Assembly: GCA_963709845.1 (NCBI GenBank)
Contig: CAVPXV010000006.1
Span: 644,098 to 708,097, forward strand
Reading direction: 5' to 3'
From: an uncultured Thermoleophilia bacterium
GTDB taxonomy: Bacteria > Actinomycetota > Thermoleophilia > UBA2241
Length of the DNA: 64,000 nt
A program made the position numbers and the translations under genes. The notes under the pieces were generated by a model. That model had not been told where the DNA came from. It made no database searches and saw nothing but the letters and a program-made list of their open reading frames with translations. Shown piece by piece: positions 27,825 to 37,692 of the stretch. Each line of letters begins with the position of its first letter. Position 1 is the stretch's first letter.

Positions 27825-28247
27825 ATGGAACAGGAGTTGCAACCCAAATGGCTGCGCAGCCGCAAGGGTGCGCCGTTCACCGGCATCGGCTCGCTCGAGG
27901 CGGACATCCTGGCGGTCGTGTGGGAGCACGACAAGACCACCGTGCGCCAGGTCTACGAGACGCTGCGCGAGCGGCGCAAGATCGCCTACACGACGGTGAT
28001 GACCGTCATGAACAACCTGGTCAAGAAGCACCTGCTGACGCAGGACAAGCGCAAGACGGCCTACGTGTACGCCCCGGCCATCCCCGGCCGCGAGGTCGCC
28101 GAGACGGTGCTGGACAGCGTCGTCGACCATCTGCTGCGCGGGCAGTACAACGTCGCCGTCTCCCAGCTGCTCCATCTGGACAAGGACCTCACGCCGGAGC
28201 AGATGGAGGAACTCCGCGCCTGGGCCCGCCAGCGCTTCGGCGCCTGA
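27825..28247 (+). CDS. BlaI/MecI/CopY-family winged-helix repressor
   Basis: ATG at 27825 with GGGGG 6 nt upstream. ADILAVVWEHDKTTVRQVYETL...YTTVMTVMNNLVKKHLL is the family signature. No BlaR1/M56 partner is nearby. Confidence 0.75.
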   Translation: MEQELQPKWLRSRKGAPFTGIGSLEADILAVVWEHDKTTVRQVYETLRERRKIAYTTVMTVMNNLVKKHLLTQDKRKTAYVYAPAIPGREVAETVLDSVVDHLLRGQYNVAVSQLLHLDKDLTPEQMEELRAWARQRFGA

Positions 28248-28289
28248 CGGGTCAGGCGGCCGGCAGCGCGCATGCCCGCGTGTCCGGCT

Positions 28290-30036
28290 TCACATCGCCT
28301 CTGGAGCGCTCACGGCGAGCAGCCCCAAGCCGCTGGCGAGCGTATCCTTCGTGGCCGCGCAGAGGGAGGCGCGAAAGGCCGTCACGTCGGCGTCGTCGCT
28401 GAGTACCCGGCAGTGGCGGTAGAACACGTGGAACTCGGCCGCCAGCTCACCCAGGTAGGCGTGGACCCTGTTCGGCGTGCGCTGGTCGGCCGCGGCGACC
28501 AGCACCTCGGGGAAGCGCGCCAGCGTCACGAGCAGTGAGCGTTCGTGGACCCCGACGGTGACGGCCGGCAGGGTCTCGCCGGCCGGTTCGGCGGCGTCGC
28601 CGGCGAGGTTCCTGAGGATGCTGCAGATGCGCGCGTGCGCGTACTGGACGTAGTACACGGGGTTCTGGTTGCTCCGCTGGACGGCGAGGTCGAGATCGAG
28701 CTCCAGGGTGGTGTCGTGTGAGCGTCCCACGAGCAGAAAGCGAGCCGCGTCCACGCCGATGGCCTCGACGAGGTCGTCCACGGTCACGATATCGCCCTTG
28801 CGTTTGCTCATGCGCTTGGCCTCGCCGCTCTGCAGGAGGTTCACGAGCTGCCCGATGATGAGTTCCAGGCGCTCGGGGTCGTGCGGCGGCAGCGCCGTGA
28901 AGGCCGCCTTCATACGCGGCACGTAGCCGTGGTGGTCGGCTCCCCAGATGTCGATCATGTGGGCGAAGCCGCGGTCCATCTTGTCGCGGTGATAGGCGAT
29001 GTCGCTGAGGAAGTAGGTAGGATCGCCGCTCGAGCGGATGAGGACCCGGTCCTTGTCGTCGCCGTACCGGGTCGTCTTGAGCCAGACGGCGCCGCCCTCC
29101 TCGTAGAGAAGGCTCTCGCTGTCCAGGTCCGAGAGGGTCTTGCCCACCTCGCCGGCGAACCCCCGATGCGCGCCCTCGCCGGCATACAGGCTGCTCTCCG
29201 ATGTCCAGACGTCGAAGGCCACGCGCAAGCGCTCGAGCGTGCCGCGGAACTGGCCGAGGATGGCGTCGCGGCCCCACGCCTTGATCTCGCCCACGACGCC
29301 CGCGGGCAGGCGCGTCACGTCAGGCGCGGCGACTGCCAGCTCCTCCCGGTAGCGCTCGCCCACCTCCGCGATGAGCGCGTCGGCGAGGTCGAGGAGGTAG
29401 TCGCCCTGGTAGCCCTCCTCGGGTACCGGGGTATCCAGGCCGAGCCGTTGACCATAGCGTGCCGCCAGCGACTGCCCGAAGCGCAGCATCTGCGTGCCGT
29501 AGTCGTTTACGTAGAACTCGCGCGTCACCTCATGCCCGACGAAGGCGAAGATGCGGCAGAGCGCGTCGCCGTAGGACGCGTAGCGCGCATGCCCGACGTG
29601 AAGCGGGCCGGTGGGATTGACGCTCACGAACTCCACGTTGACTTTGCGGCGGAGGTGCCCGGGCAACGCCCCGCGCCCGTAGTCGGCACCATCCGCGCGC
29701 ATGCGTTCGAGGGCGCCTCCGTACCAGGCGTCCGTCGAGGAAGAGGTTGAGGAACCCGGGGCCGGCCACTTCGAAGCGCTCGCAGACGGCGGCGCCCTGT
29801 CCGGCCATCCAGCGCTGGCCCAGGGCCTGCGCCAGCTCGCGCGGTGCGCGGCCGGCGCGCTTGGCACAGACCATGGCCGCATTGGTCGTGAGGTCGCCGT
29901 GTTCGGGGCGCCCCGGCACCTCCAGCTCCACGTGCGGCGCCTCGACGGCGGGCGCGCCGGCCTCGGCCAGCAACCCGGCGAGGGCGGCCGACAGCGACGC
30001 CGCCAGGCCGTGAAGGTCGTGGAGATCGTCGCTCAT
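28290..30036 (-). CDS. argS: Arginine--tRNA ligase, interrupted by a +1 frameshift near 29732
   Basis: N-terminal 100 aa in frame a (ORF 29530..30036: ...GPGFLNLFLDG), the remaining 480 aa in frame b (ORF 28290..29882: DAWYGGALER...HVGHARYASYGD...KMSKRKGD...). One extra G in ctcgacGgacgcc restores a continuous ArgS. Confidence 0.85.
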
Positions 30037-30127
30037 GGTCCTCCGCCTGATCGTGACGCCGCCCTCGTGGCCGGCGCAGGAGCCATTGTAGCTGTCGCCG
30101 CGGGCTCACGCGACGGACGGGCCGGCG

Positions 30128-30592
30128 TCAATGGTGGTAGGGCTCGCCGCGCAGGATCTTGCCGGCGCGGAAGAGCTGCTCAAGCAGCACCACCCGCGCG
30201 AGCTGGTGGGGCAGCGTGAGCGATGAGAGCGAGAGGCGCTCGTCCGCCGCGTCCAGCGCCTCGCGGGCGAGCCCGAGGGAGCCGCCCACGACGAAGCCCG
30301 CGCCACCCCGCTCGAAGGCGCGCTGCAGCCAGGCTGCGAAGGCCGCCGTGTCCAAGGCGCGGCCCTCCACCGCCAGGGCCGCCACGACCGGCGACTGCGG
30401 CCACGCCGCCAGCAGGCGCCGGCCCTCCTCGCGCAGCACTTCCGGACCGCCGCGCCCGCGCAGCGCGACCTCCCTGACCTCGCGCACGGTCACGGCGGCG
30501 AGCGGGCGCAGGAGGTCGATGTAGTGGCGCGCGGCGGGCTCGAGGTCGCGGTGCAGCGAACCGACGGTGAGGATCTCGATGCGGGCCGCCAC
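30128..30592 (-). CDS. rlmH: 23S rRNA (pseudouridine1915-N3)-methyltransferase
   Basis: SPOUT fold; MAARIEILTVG...VVGGSLGL is the RlmH signature. Confidence 0.85.
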   Translation of the reverse strand: MAARIEILTVGSLHRDLEPAARHYIDLLRPLAAVTVREVREVALRGRGGPEVLREEGRRLLAAWPQSPVVAALAVEGRALDTAAFAAWLQRAFERGGAGFVVGGSLGLAREALDAADERLSLSSLTLPHQLARVVLLEQLFRAGKILRGEPYHH

Positions 30593-30603
30593 GGCGGCGG
30601 CGC

Positions 30604-31773
30604 TCAGCCGCGCGGCGGCCGCGAGTAGAAGGCGATGCGGCCCTCGCCGCCGGCGCGGGCCGTGTACATGGTCGTCGCCGCCTTGGCGACGAGCTCCTCG
30701 ACGCTCTTGCCGTCGTCCGGGTAGGTGGTGACGCCCGCCGACGCGCTCAACGCCAGCCGCTCGCCGCCGGCCTCCGCGGCAAGCTGCTGGGTAGAGCCCA
30801 GCACGCGCGCCAGCGCCGCGTCGGCCTCCTGCTCCGCCGTCTCCGGCAGCACGAGGAGGAACTCGTCGGCGCCGTAGCGGCAGACGAGGTCGCAGCCGCG
30901 CAGCTGCGCCGTGAGCGCCGCCGCCCAGTGGCAGAGCACCTCGTCCCCGGCGGCGCGCCCGGCCCTCTTGTTGACGGCGCCGAAGCCGTCCAGGTCGAGC
31001 ATCACGAAGGTGACCTTGCGGCCATGACGCTCGGCGCCGGCGAGCTCGAAGGCGGCGCGCTCACGCAGGTGGCGGAAGTTGAACAACCCGGTGAGCGGGT
31101 CGTGGGTCTCGCGCTCTCGGCGTTCACTCGTGAGGCGCAGGTTGTCCAGCGCCACCTCGGCCTGGTCGGCCAGCTGGCCCAGCAGGCGCCGCTGCGCCTC
31201 GGGGTGGAAGCCGTTCTCCTGATACAGGTAGCCGACGTGCTCGCCGCTGTAGCCCTCGAACTGGCAGACCGTGTCGCCGAGGCCCCAGCAGAGCGTCTCC
31301 TTGGTGAGCACGTCCTTGCCCGTGATGCCCTCGAGGACGCCGTCGACGATGCCGCGCTCGAAGTCGCACACCGCTGTGCCGTTCGCCGGCAGATACTCGC
31401 AGCTCAGGCAGTGGCTCAGCTTGACGAGCACGCGCTCCTCGTCGAGCTCCACCTCGAGCTCGCCGAGGTGCATCTGCGTGAACCAGTCCTTGAGGCCCTG
31501 GATCGAGGTGATGCCGAGGCCGCCGCTGAAGCGCTTGCTGGCCAGGTAGACCGCCGGACCGGCGCTGGCGCCGAGGATCTCGGGAAGCACCGTGAACTGC
31601 ATCAGGCGCAGCAGGGAGACCGGCACGCTGGCGTCGCGGGGAGTCTCGGCGAGGATCTGCGCCGGAGTGGGCCAGGCGCGCGCATCCTCGGCGGCGGTGA
31701 GCGCGATGACGTTCTTCAGCGCCCGCGCGAAGACGGCCGCCAAAGCCACCTCTTCCTGGGAGCGAAGCGCCAT
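30604..31773 (-). CDS. GGDEF diguanylate cyclase with an N-terminal Cys-containing sensor domain
   Basis: Start at the second ATG (31773, GAGAGG 7 nt upstream). C-terminal GGDEF domain with RYGADEF. N-terminal LSHCLSCEY...CDFERG...CWGLGDTVCQF. Confidence 0.8.
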   Translation of the reverse strand: MALRSQEEVALAAVFARALKNVIALTAAEDARAWPTPAQILAETPRDASVPVSLLRLMQFTVLPEILGASAGPAVYLASKRFSGGLGITSIQGLKDWFTQMHLGELEVELDEERVLVKLSHCLSCEYLPANGTAVCDFERGIVDGVLEGITGKDVLTKETLCWGLGDTVCQFEGYSGEHVGYLYQENGFHPEAQRRLLGQLADQAEVALDNLRLTSERRERETHDPLTGLFNFRHLRERAAFELAGAERHGRKVTFVMLDLDGFGAVNKRAGRAAGDEVLCHWAAALTAQLRGCDLVCRYGADEFLLVLPETAEQEADAALARVLGSTQQLAAEAGGERLALSASAGVTTYPDDGKSVEELVAKAATTMYTARAGGEGRIAFYSRPPRG

Positions 31774-31948
31774 CCCCATCCTCTCGGCAGGTCCCCCGCA
31801 GGCAGCCTGCCCTTGCCCTCCCGCGCGCCCAGGTGCCCGCCTGGCGCGACCTCTATACTATAGGCCATGAAGGGGACCTCTCTAACCTCTTGAGGCCCAC
31901 ATTCCACTGCCAAGCGTTGTCAGTGCAGTGCACGAGGGAGAGGCCGGG

Positions 31949-32563
31949 ATGACCGCCGAGACGCCCGGGATCGACGACAGCTGCGCGCGCCTGGCGCGCG
32001 CCAAGGACGCCGCGCGGCAGCGCGCCCTGGACGCGCGGGACGCGCTGCCGGACGCGCAGCGCGCCCAGCTCAGCCGCGATGCCTGCTCTCTGGCGGAGTC
32101 GCTGCCGGAGCTCACGGCGGCTTCCACCGTGTTCGTGTTCGCCTCGTTCCGCAGCGAGATCGACACGCGGCCTCTGCTGGACTGGGCCCTCGCGTGCGGC
32201 AAGGCGGTGTGCATGCCGCGCGTCACGGGCCCAAGGTGCATGGAGGCGTTTCGCGTCGTCGACCCCACCATCGACCTCGTGCCCGGCTGCTGGGGCATCC
32301 CCGAGCCGCGGGAGGGCCTCGAACCGGTGCCGCCGTCGCGCATCGACGCCGTCGTCGTCCCCGGCGCCGCGTTCGACCTCGACGGGCAGCGCTGTGGCTA
32401 CGGCGGCGGCTTCTACGACACCTATCTGCCGCAGACCCGGCCGAGCGTCCCGCGCGTGGCGCTGGCCTTCGAGGCGCAGATCGTGGACGACATCCCCTGC
32501 GAGCCGCATGACCTGCCGGTGACGGCCATCGTCACCGAGACGCGGGTCATCCGGCCAGGCTAG
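31949..32563 (+). CDS. 5-formyltetrahydrofolate cyclo-ligase
   Basis: ATG at 31949 with GGGAGAGG. GIPEP...GYGGGFYD is the MTHFS signature. Confidence 0.8.
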   Translation: MTAETPGIDDSCARLARAKDAARQRALDARDALPDAQRAQLSRDACSLAESLPELTAASTVFVFASFRSEIDTRPLLDWALACGKAVCMPRVTGPRCMEAFRVVDPTIDLVPGCWGIPEPREGLEPVPPSRIDAVVVPGAAFDLDGQRCGYGGGFYDTYLPQTRPSVPRVALAFEAQIVDDIPCEPHDLPVTAIVTETRVIRPG

Positions 32564-33149
32564 AGCCGCCTCGAGGGCCGGCGAGCAGCACGCCGGCAAG
32601 GTCGGCGGCCAGCCGCCGGGCTCGCGTCATCAGGTCCGCGTCGGCCGCGGCCGCGCCCGCCTCGTCGGCGTACCCGCCGAGGGCGAACACCCGCGGGTCG
32701 CCGTCGCTGGAGAGCGCGACGTACCGGCGCAGGGCGGCCAGCGTCTCCTCCAGACCCGTCTCGGCGGTCACGGCGATGAGGCCCACGGCGCGGGCCTGGA
32801 GCCACTCTTCGTGCGCGTAGCGGAAGAGGTTGCGGTCGATGAACGCCTTCATCTGCGCGGAGACGTTCTCGTAGTACACCGGCGTCGCGAGGACGAGCCC
32901 GTCGGCGGCGTACACGGCGTCGAGCACCCCGGCCGCGTCGTCACTCAGGTGACAGCTTGTGACGTCGCCGCAGTCGGCGTGCGCGCGGCACGGGGCGATG
33001 TGGCGCTGCGCGAGCGTGATCTTGCGCACGCGCAGGCCGCGGCGCGCGAGTTCCTCGAGCACCGCGTCGACGAGCACGGCTGTGTTGCCGCGCGACCGGG
33101 GGCTCGCCATCAGGGCGACGACGAGAGGTGTCGCTGGGTCGGCCTCCAT
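32547..33149 (-). CDS. Flavodoxin-like NAD(P)H-dependent FMN reductase / iron-sulfur flavoprotein-like protein
   Basis: GAGGAGGG RBS. LVVALMASPRSRGNT flavodoxin-like start and a compact Cys cluster CRAHADCGDVTSC. Overlaps the 5-FCL gene convergently by 17 nt. Confidence 0.7.
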   Translation of the reverse strand: MEADPATPLVVALMASPRSRGNTAVLVDAVLEELARRGLRVRKITLAQRHIAPCRAHADCGDVTSCHLSDDAAGVLDAVYAADGLVLATPVYYENVSAQMKAFIDRNLFRYAHEEWLQARAVGLIAVTAETGLEETLAALRRYVALSSDGDPRVFALGGYADEAGAAAADADLMTRARRLAADLAGVLLAGPRGGSSLAG

Positions 33150-33233
33150 GCTGTCCCTCCTCGCCCGGCCGGCGGCCCGGGCGGGCGCGGTCTTCCGGCG
33201 CAGGCGTGCGCCGGGCGGCCGGCCGCGCCCGGC

Positions 33234-34013
33234 TCAGGTGTGACGCAGGGCCACCTGGATCTCGTCGCGCAGCCTCAACAGAGCCTCGGCGACCACGTCG
33301 GCGTCCTTGTAGAAGCGAGCCGCCGGCATGGGCACCGAGATCGACGCCATGCTGCCGTCGATGTCGCTGATCGCCACGCCGGCCCCGCAGATGCCGGCGT
33401 GGTGCTCTTCGCGGTCGACCGCCACCCCGGTCTGCCGGACCTCCTCGAGCTCGCGCAGCAGATCCTCCTTGGCGATCAGCTTGTGGCTGCCGGGGGCTTC
33501 CATCCTCCTGGGGAGGCGGAGCCTCAGCTCCCCCGCCGGCAGCTGCGCCAGCAGCGCCTTGCCGTTCGCGGTGCAGAAGGCGGGGAATCGCGCTCCGACT
33601 CGCGAGACCACCATCAGGGACCGCTGAGGGGCTGGGTGCTGGGCGATGAAGAGCACCTGCGTGCCGTCAAGCACTCCCAGGTCCACCGTCTCGTTCAGCT
33701 CACGGGAGAGCCTCTCGAGGTACGGCTTTGCGACCGATGGCAGGTCGCGGCGGCTGGACACGGCGAGCTGAAGCACCCCCGCCCCGAGGTGCAGCCGCCC
33801 TGTGGCCGCATCCGTCTGCACGAGCTCCTCGTGCTCCAACGCCGCGCGGATACGGTGCACGGTCGTGCGCGGCAGCTCGGCGCGCGTCACAAGCTCGCTG
33901 AACGTGAGGCCTCCGGAGGAGTCCGCCGCCAGGATCCTGAGGATCTTGGCGGCCCTGGCGAGGACCTGCACGCCGCCGCCCGCGTCCTTCCCGTTGCCTG
34001 CTCGCTCGTTCAC
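33234..34013 (-). CDS. IclR-family transcriptional regulator
   Basis: GTG at 34013 with GGAGG. N-terminal HTH plus the C-terminal IclR effector domain. Confidence 0.85.
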   Translation of the reverse strand: MNERAGNGKDAGGGVQVLARAAKILRILAADSSGGLTFSELVTRAELPRTTVHRIRAALEHEELVQTDAATGRLHLGAGVLQLAVSSRRDLPSVAKPYLERLSRELNETVDLGVLDGTQVLFIAQHPAPQRSLMVVSRVGARFPAFCTANGKALLAQLPAGELRLRLPRRMEAPGSHKLIAKEDLLRELEEVRQTGVAVDREEHHAGICGAGVAISDIDGSMASISVPMPAARFYKDADVVAEALLRLRDEIQVALRHT

Positions 34014-34123
34014 TGTGCCTCCATCACGCGTTCCCGGCCCCGTAGTGACTCCCCCCGCCAGTCGATATGCGAGGCGTCGTCGCGGGGCGCCTTCCGGCAG
34101 CGGTGTCCATGGCGGCGATCCCG

Positions 34124-34169
34124 GACGCGGACGGCAGAGCCGGCGTGCTGGCGCTCTGCCGTCCGCGTC
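34124..34169. terminator. 17-bp perfect-stem hairpin (gacgcggacggcagagc / gctctgccgtccgcgtc) downstream of livM
   Basis: Inverted repeat read directly 24 nt after the livM stop. Confidence 0.45.
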
Positions 34170-34192
34170 TCACGGTCAGGTCTCCCGCCGCC

Positions 34193-35299
34193 TCAGCCGG
34201 CCTCGGGCGCGGGGCCGGCCGGCGCCTCGGGCGCCGCCTCCGCCGGAGCGTCCAGCACGAGGCTGCGCCGTACGGGGAACAAGTGCAGGTCCCAGCGCTC
34301 GACGATCCAGCCCCAGATGCCCCGCGGCGCCTTGGTCGCCATGATCACGGCGATGACGCCCAGGAGCAGGAAGTACGTCGAGCCGTACTGGCTGAGGGTC
34401 TGCTGCAGGGCGAAGAAGATGATCGCCCCGATGAGCGGGCCTTCGATCGAGCCGAAACCGCCGATGACGACGATGAAGATCGCGAAGGCCGTCCAGTTGA
34501 TGCTGAACGACGCCGCCGGCTGGATGAAGAGCAGGTTGAGCGCGACCACCGCGCCCATCGCGCCGCAGCCGAAGGCCGCGACCACGAAGACGATGAGCTT
34601 GGAGCGGAAGACGTTGACGCCGGAGCTCTGCGCCGCCAGGTCGTTGTCGCGGATCGCGGTGAGCGCCAGGCCGCAGCTTGGAGCGCAGCAGGAAGTAGAC
34701 GATGCAGGACGGAGCCGACCGCCACGGCCAGCCCGATCCAGTACGTGCCGGGGATGCGCGTCTCGAACGGGATGCTGGCGGCCGAGATGACGGTCTTGCC
34801 CGAGCCGCCGCCCGTGGCCTGGATGTTGGACACGATGATGCGCACGACCTCCGCGAACACCCAGGTGCCGATGGCGAAGTAGCCGCCCCGAAGCCGGAAC
34901 AGCAGCGGGGCGATCGGCAGCGCGATGAGGGCGGCCAGCGACCGCCGCGCAGGGCACCGCGAGGAACGGATGCACGTGGAGCCGGTCGGCGAAGAACCAC
35001 AACCCGTAGGCGCCGATGCCGATGTAGGCCTGCTGGCCCACGGAGATGAGGCCCGCGAAGCCGCCCAGCAGGTTCCACATCTGGGCCAGGGCGATCAGGC
35101 CGAAGAGGGTGATCAAGGTCCGCGACGTGCCGACCTTGGCCCACAGCGGGACCGTCGCGAGGGTGACGACGACGATCAGGCAGACGACGACCACGTACAG
35201 GTGCATGCGCTGGGAGCGCGCCACGCGGAAGGCCGGCACGCTCGCGCCCCGGCCGGCCCCTGCGCCGTCGCCGGAGACCGGGCTCGCCGGCGAGCTCAT
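34193..35299 (-). CDS. livM: Branched-chain amino acid ABC transporter permease LivM, with two internal frameshifts (about 34935 and 34680)
   Basis: N- and C-terminal portions are in the frame of ORF 34193..35299. The central 85 aa (LAALIALPIAPLLFRLRGGYFAIGTWVFAEVVRIIV...) are in the frame of ORF 34345..34860. The ATG overlaps the livH stop (ATGA). Confidence 0.8.
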   Translation of the reverse strand: MSSPASPVSGDGAGAGRGASVPAFRVARSQRMHLYVVVVCLIVVVTLATVPLWAKVGTSRTLITLFGLIALAQMWNLLGGFAGLISVGQQAYIGIGAYGLWFFADRLHVHPFLAVPCAAVAGRPHRAADRPAAVPASGRLLRHRHLGVRGGRAHHRVQHPGHGRRLGQDRHLGRQHPVRDAHPRHVLDRAGRGGRLRPASSTSCCAPSCGLALTAIRDNDLAAQSSGVNVFRSKLIVFVVAAFGCGAMGAVVALNLLFIQPAASFSINWTAFAIFIVVIGGFGSIEGPLIGAIIFFALQQTLSQYGSTYFLLLGVIAVIMATKAPRGIWGWIVERWDLHLFPVRRSLVLDAPAEAAPEAPAGPAPEAG

Positions 35300-36176
35300 G
35301 CGGTCACCGTCCGGGCGAAGAAGCCGCTGGGCCGCACCGCGAGGACGATCAGGAACACGACATTGCCGCAGAGGATGCCCCAGCCCGTGCCGAACGCCTG
35401 CGCGCCGACGACTTGGGCGACGCCGAGCACCACGCCGCCGAGCAGCGTGCCCCAGATGGAGCCCATCCCGCCCATGATCACGGCCTCGAAGGCGTAGATC
35501 AGGTTGAAGGGGCCGGAGATGGGGTCGAACGTGGTGCGGATGGCCAGGGCGATGCCGCCGATGGCCACGGTGCCCAAGGCCACGGCCATGGCGAGCGCGT
35601 AGACGTGGCGGTTGTTGATGCCCATGAGCTCGGCCGCCTCACGGTCGTCCGACGTCGCCCGGAAGGCCCTGCCAAGCTTGGTGCCGATTGAGGAAGAGCT
35701 GCAGGGCGGCGATGAGCACGATGGCGGCGAGGAACACGAGCAGCGAGTACCAGCCGATGGCGATCTGGTTCGAGATGCGGATGCTCGAGGTCACCATGCT
35801 GCCGGCATACGTGCTGAGGCCGCGCGAGTCGGCCGAGAAGGCAAGCAGGAGTCCGTTCTGGATGATGATCGACAGGCCGAAGGTGACCACGATGGGCCGC
35901 GTGTCGTCCGTGCCCAGCGTGAAGTTGAGCAGGCCTCGCTGGAGCACGTAGCCGATGCCGAACATGAGCACGATCGTGAGCAGGCATCGCCCAGACGAGC
36001 GGGAGGTGCGCCGACTGCACGAGCGCGAGCGCGATGAAGGCCGCGAGGATGCCGAGGTCGCCGTGCGCGAGGTTGACCAGGCGCATGACGCCGAAGACCA
36101 GGGCAAGACCGACGGCGAAGAGTGCGTAGAGCCCGCCCAGGAGGATCCCCTGTAGAACGATGTTGACCCAGTTCAT
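35296..36176 (-). CDS. livH: Branched-chain amino acid ABC transporter permease LivH, with two +1 frameshifts (about 35985 and 35685)
   Basis: Three consecutive frames (ORFs 35499..36176, 35639..36106, 35296..35625) concatenate to a full LivH-like protein. The ATG overlaps the livF stop. Confidence 0.8.
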
Positions 36177-36883
36177 GCGCTCACATCCCGAAGTAGGCTG
36201 CCGTGATGTCGTCGGAACTCAGCTCGCTGGGCACGCCCTGCGAGCGAGATGCGGCCCTCGAGGAAGCAGGCGACGCGGTCGGCGACGCTGAGGACGTGCT
36301 GCACGTCCTGCTCCACGACGAGGATGGTGGTGCCCCGGGCGGGCAGCGACTCCATGGCTTCGTAGATGCGCTTGATGATCACCGGGGCGAGGCCGAGCGA
36401 GACCTCGTCGAGCAGCATGAGGCGGGGATTGGACATGAGCGACCGGCCGATGGCCAGCGCCTGCTGCTCGCCGCCCGAGAGACCTGCCGGCCTGGCGCCT
36501 GGCGAGCGGCTTGAGCAGCGGGAACAGGTCATAGACCGAAGCCGATGTCCCAGTCGCCCTTGCGCCCGCCGTAGGCGCCGATCTGCAGGTTCTCCTCAAC
36601 GGTGAGGCTGGGGAAGACGCGTCGTCCCTCCGGGACCATCGAGATGCCCATGTTGACCCGCTTGTGGGCGCTCACGTGGTCGACCGGCTCGCCCTCGAAG
36701 AGCACCTGGCCCGAGCGCGGCCGCAGACGAGCCGGCTATGGTCTTGAGCATCGTCGACTTGCCGGCGCCGTTGGCGCCGATGACGGCGAAGGTCTGGCCC
36801 TCCTCGATCTTCAACGAGATCGTGAAGAGGGCCTGGAAGTCGCCGTAGAAGACGTCGACCTCCTTCAGCTCGAGGATGCTCAT
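36173..36883 (-). CDS. livF: Branched-chain amino acid ABC transporter ATP-binding protein LivF, with three +1 frameshifts (about 36730, 36540 and 36485)
   Basis: Walker A GANGAGKST in frame 1. SGQVLFEGEPVDHVSAHKRVNMGISMVPEGRRVFPSLTVEENL in a second frame. SVYDLFPLLKPLARRQAG in a third. LSGGEQQ...LLDE back in frame 1. The ATG overlaps the livG stop. Confidence 0.8.
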
Positions 36884-37605
36884 ACCGGCGTGCCCCCCAT
36901 GTAGCAGGCCTGCACCTCGTCGCTGCACATGACTTCCTCCGGGTCGCCCTCGGCGATCTGGCGGCCGAAGTTGATGGCGAAGATGCGATCGACGGTGGCG
37001 AGGAGCGCGTGCACGATGTGCTCGATCCAGACGATCGAGATGCCTTCGGCGTGCAGGTCGCGGATGGTGACGATGAGCTCCTCGACCTCCGCCTCGGTGA
37101 GCCCGCCGGCGATCTCGTCGAGCAACAGCACGGTCGGATCGCCGGCGAGCGCGCGGGCGAGCTCGAGACGCTTGCGGTTCAGGAGCGTCAGCTTGCCCGC
37201 CCGCTGGTTCGCCTTGTCGGCGAGCCTCGTGAGCTCGAGCGTCTCGACGCAGCGCCGGTAGCTGGCGCGTTCGCTGAGGCCGCGCGCGTAGGTAGCGCAC
37301 ACGAGCACGTTCTCGAAGACGCTCATGTCCGAGAACGGCTTCGGGATCTGGAACGTCCGCCCGATGCCCTTGCGGCAGCGGCCCTGCCGCGGCAGGTGCG
37401 TGATGTCCTCGCCGTTGAACAGGACCCGACCGTCGTCGGGCCGATAGACGCCGGTGATGAGGTTGAACAAGGTCGTCTTGCCGGCGCCGTTCGGCCCGAC
37501 GATGCCCAGCGCTTCGCCCTTGGCCAGCCGCACGGAGAGATCGTCGATGACCTGCACGCCACCAAACGATTTCTTGAGGCCCGTGGTCTCGAGCACGGCA
37601 GTCAC
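36880..37605 (-). CDS. livG: Branched-chain amino acid ABC transporter ATP-binding protein LivG (intact)
   Basis: Walker A GPNGAGKTT, ABC signature and Walker B in a single ORF. Confidence 0.85.
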   Translation of the reverse strand: MTAVLETTGLKKSFGGVQVIDDLSVRLAKGEALGIVGPNGAGKTTLFNLITGVYRPDDGRVLFNGEDITHLPRQGRCRKGIGRTFQIPKPFSDMSVFENVLVCATYARGLSERASYRRCVETLELTRLADKANQRAGKLTLLNRKRLELARALAGDPTVLLLDEIAGGLTEAEVEELIVTIRDLHAEGISIVWIEHIVHALLATVDRIFAINFGRQIAEGDPEEVMCSDEVQACYMGGTPV

Positions 37606-37692
37606 GGCGTCCTCCTGGGAGACATCGACGCGAGCCCCTCAGGCGCAGGGGCCGCCTCCGTCACGGTCGGGTCCGTCACATCGCCTCCTGAC

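Noticed and set aside
30604-31779. Using the first ATG (31779) of the GGDEF gene as in the ORF track
   Set aside because: GAGAGG directly abuts that ATG with zero spacing. The second ATG (31773) has proper 7-nt spacing. The difference is 2 codons only.
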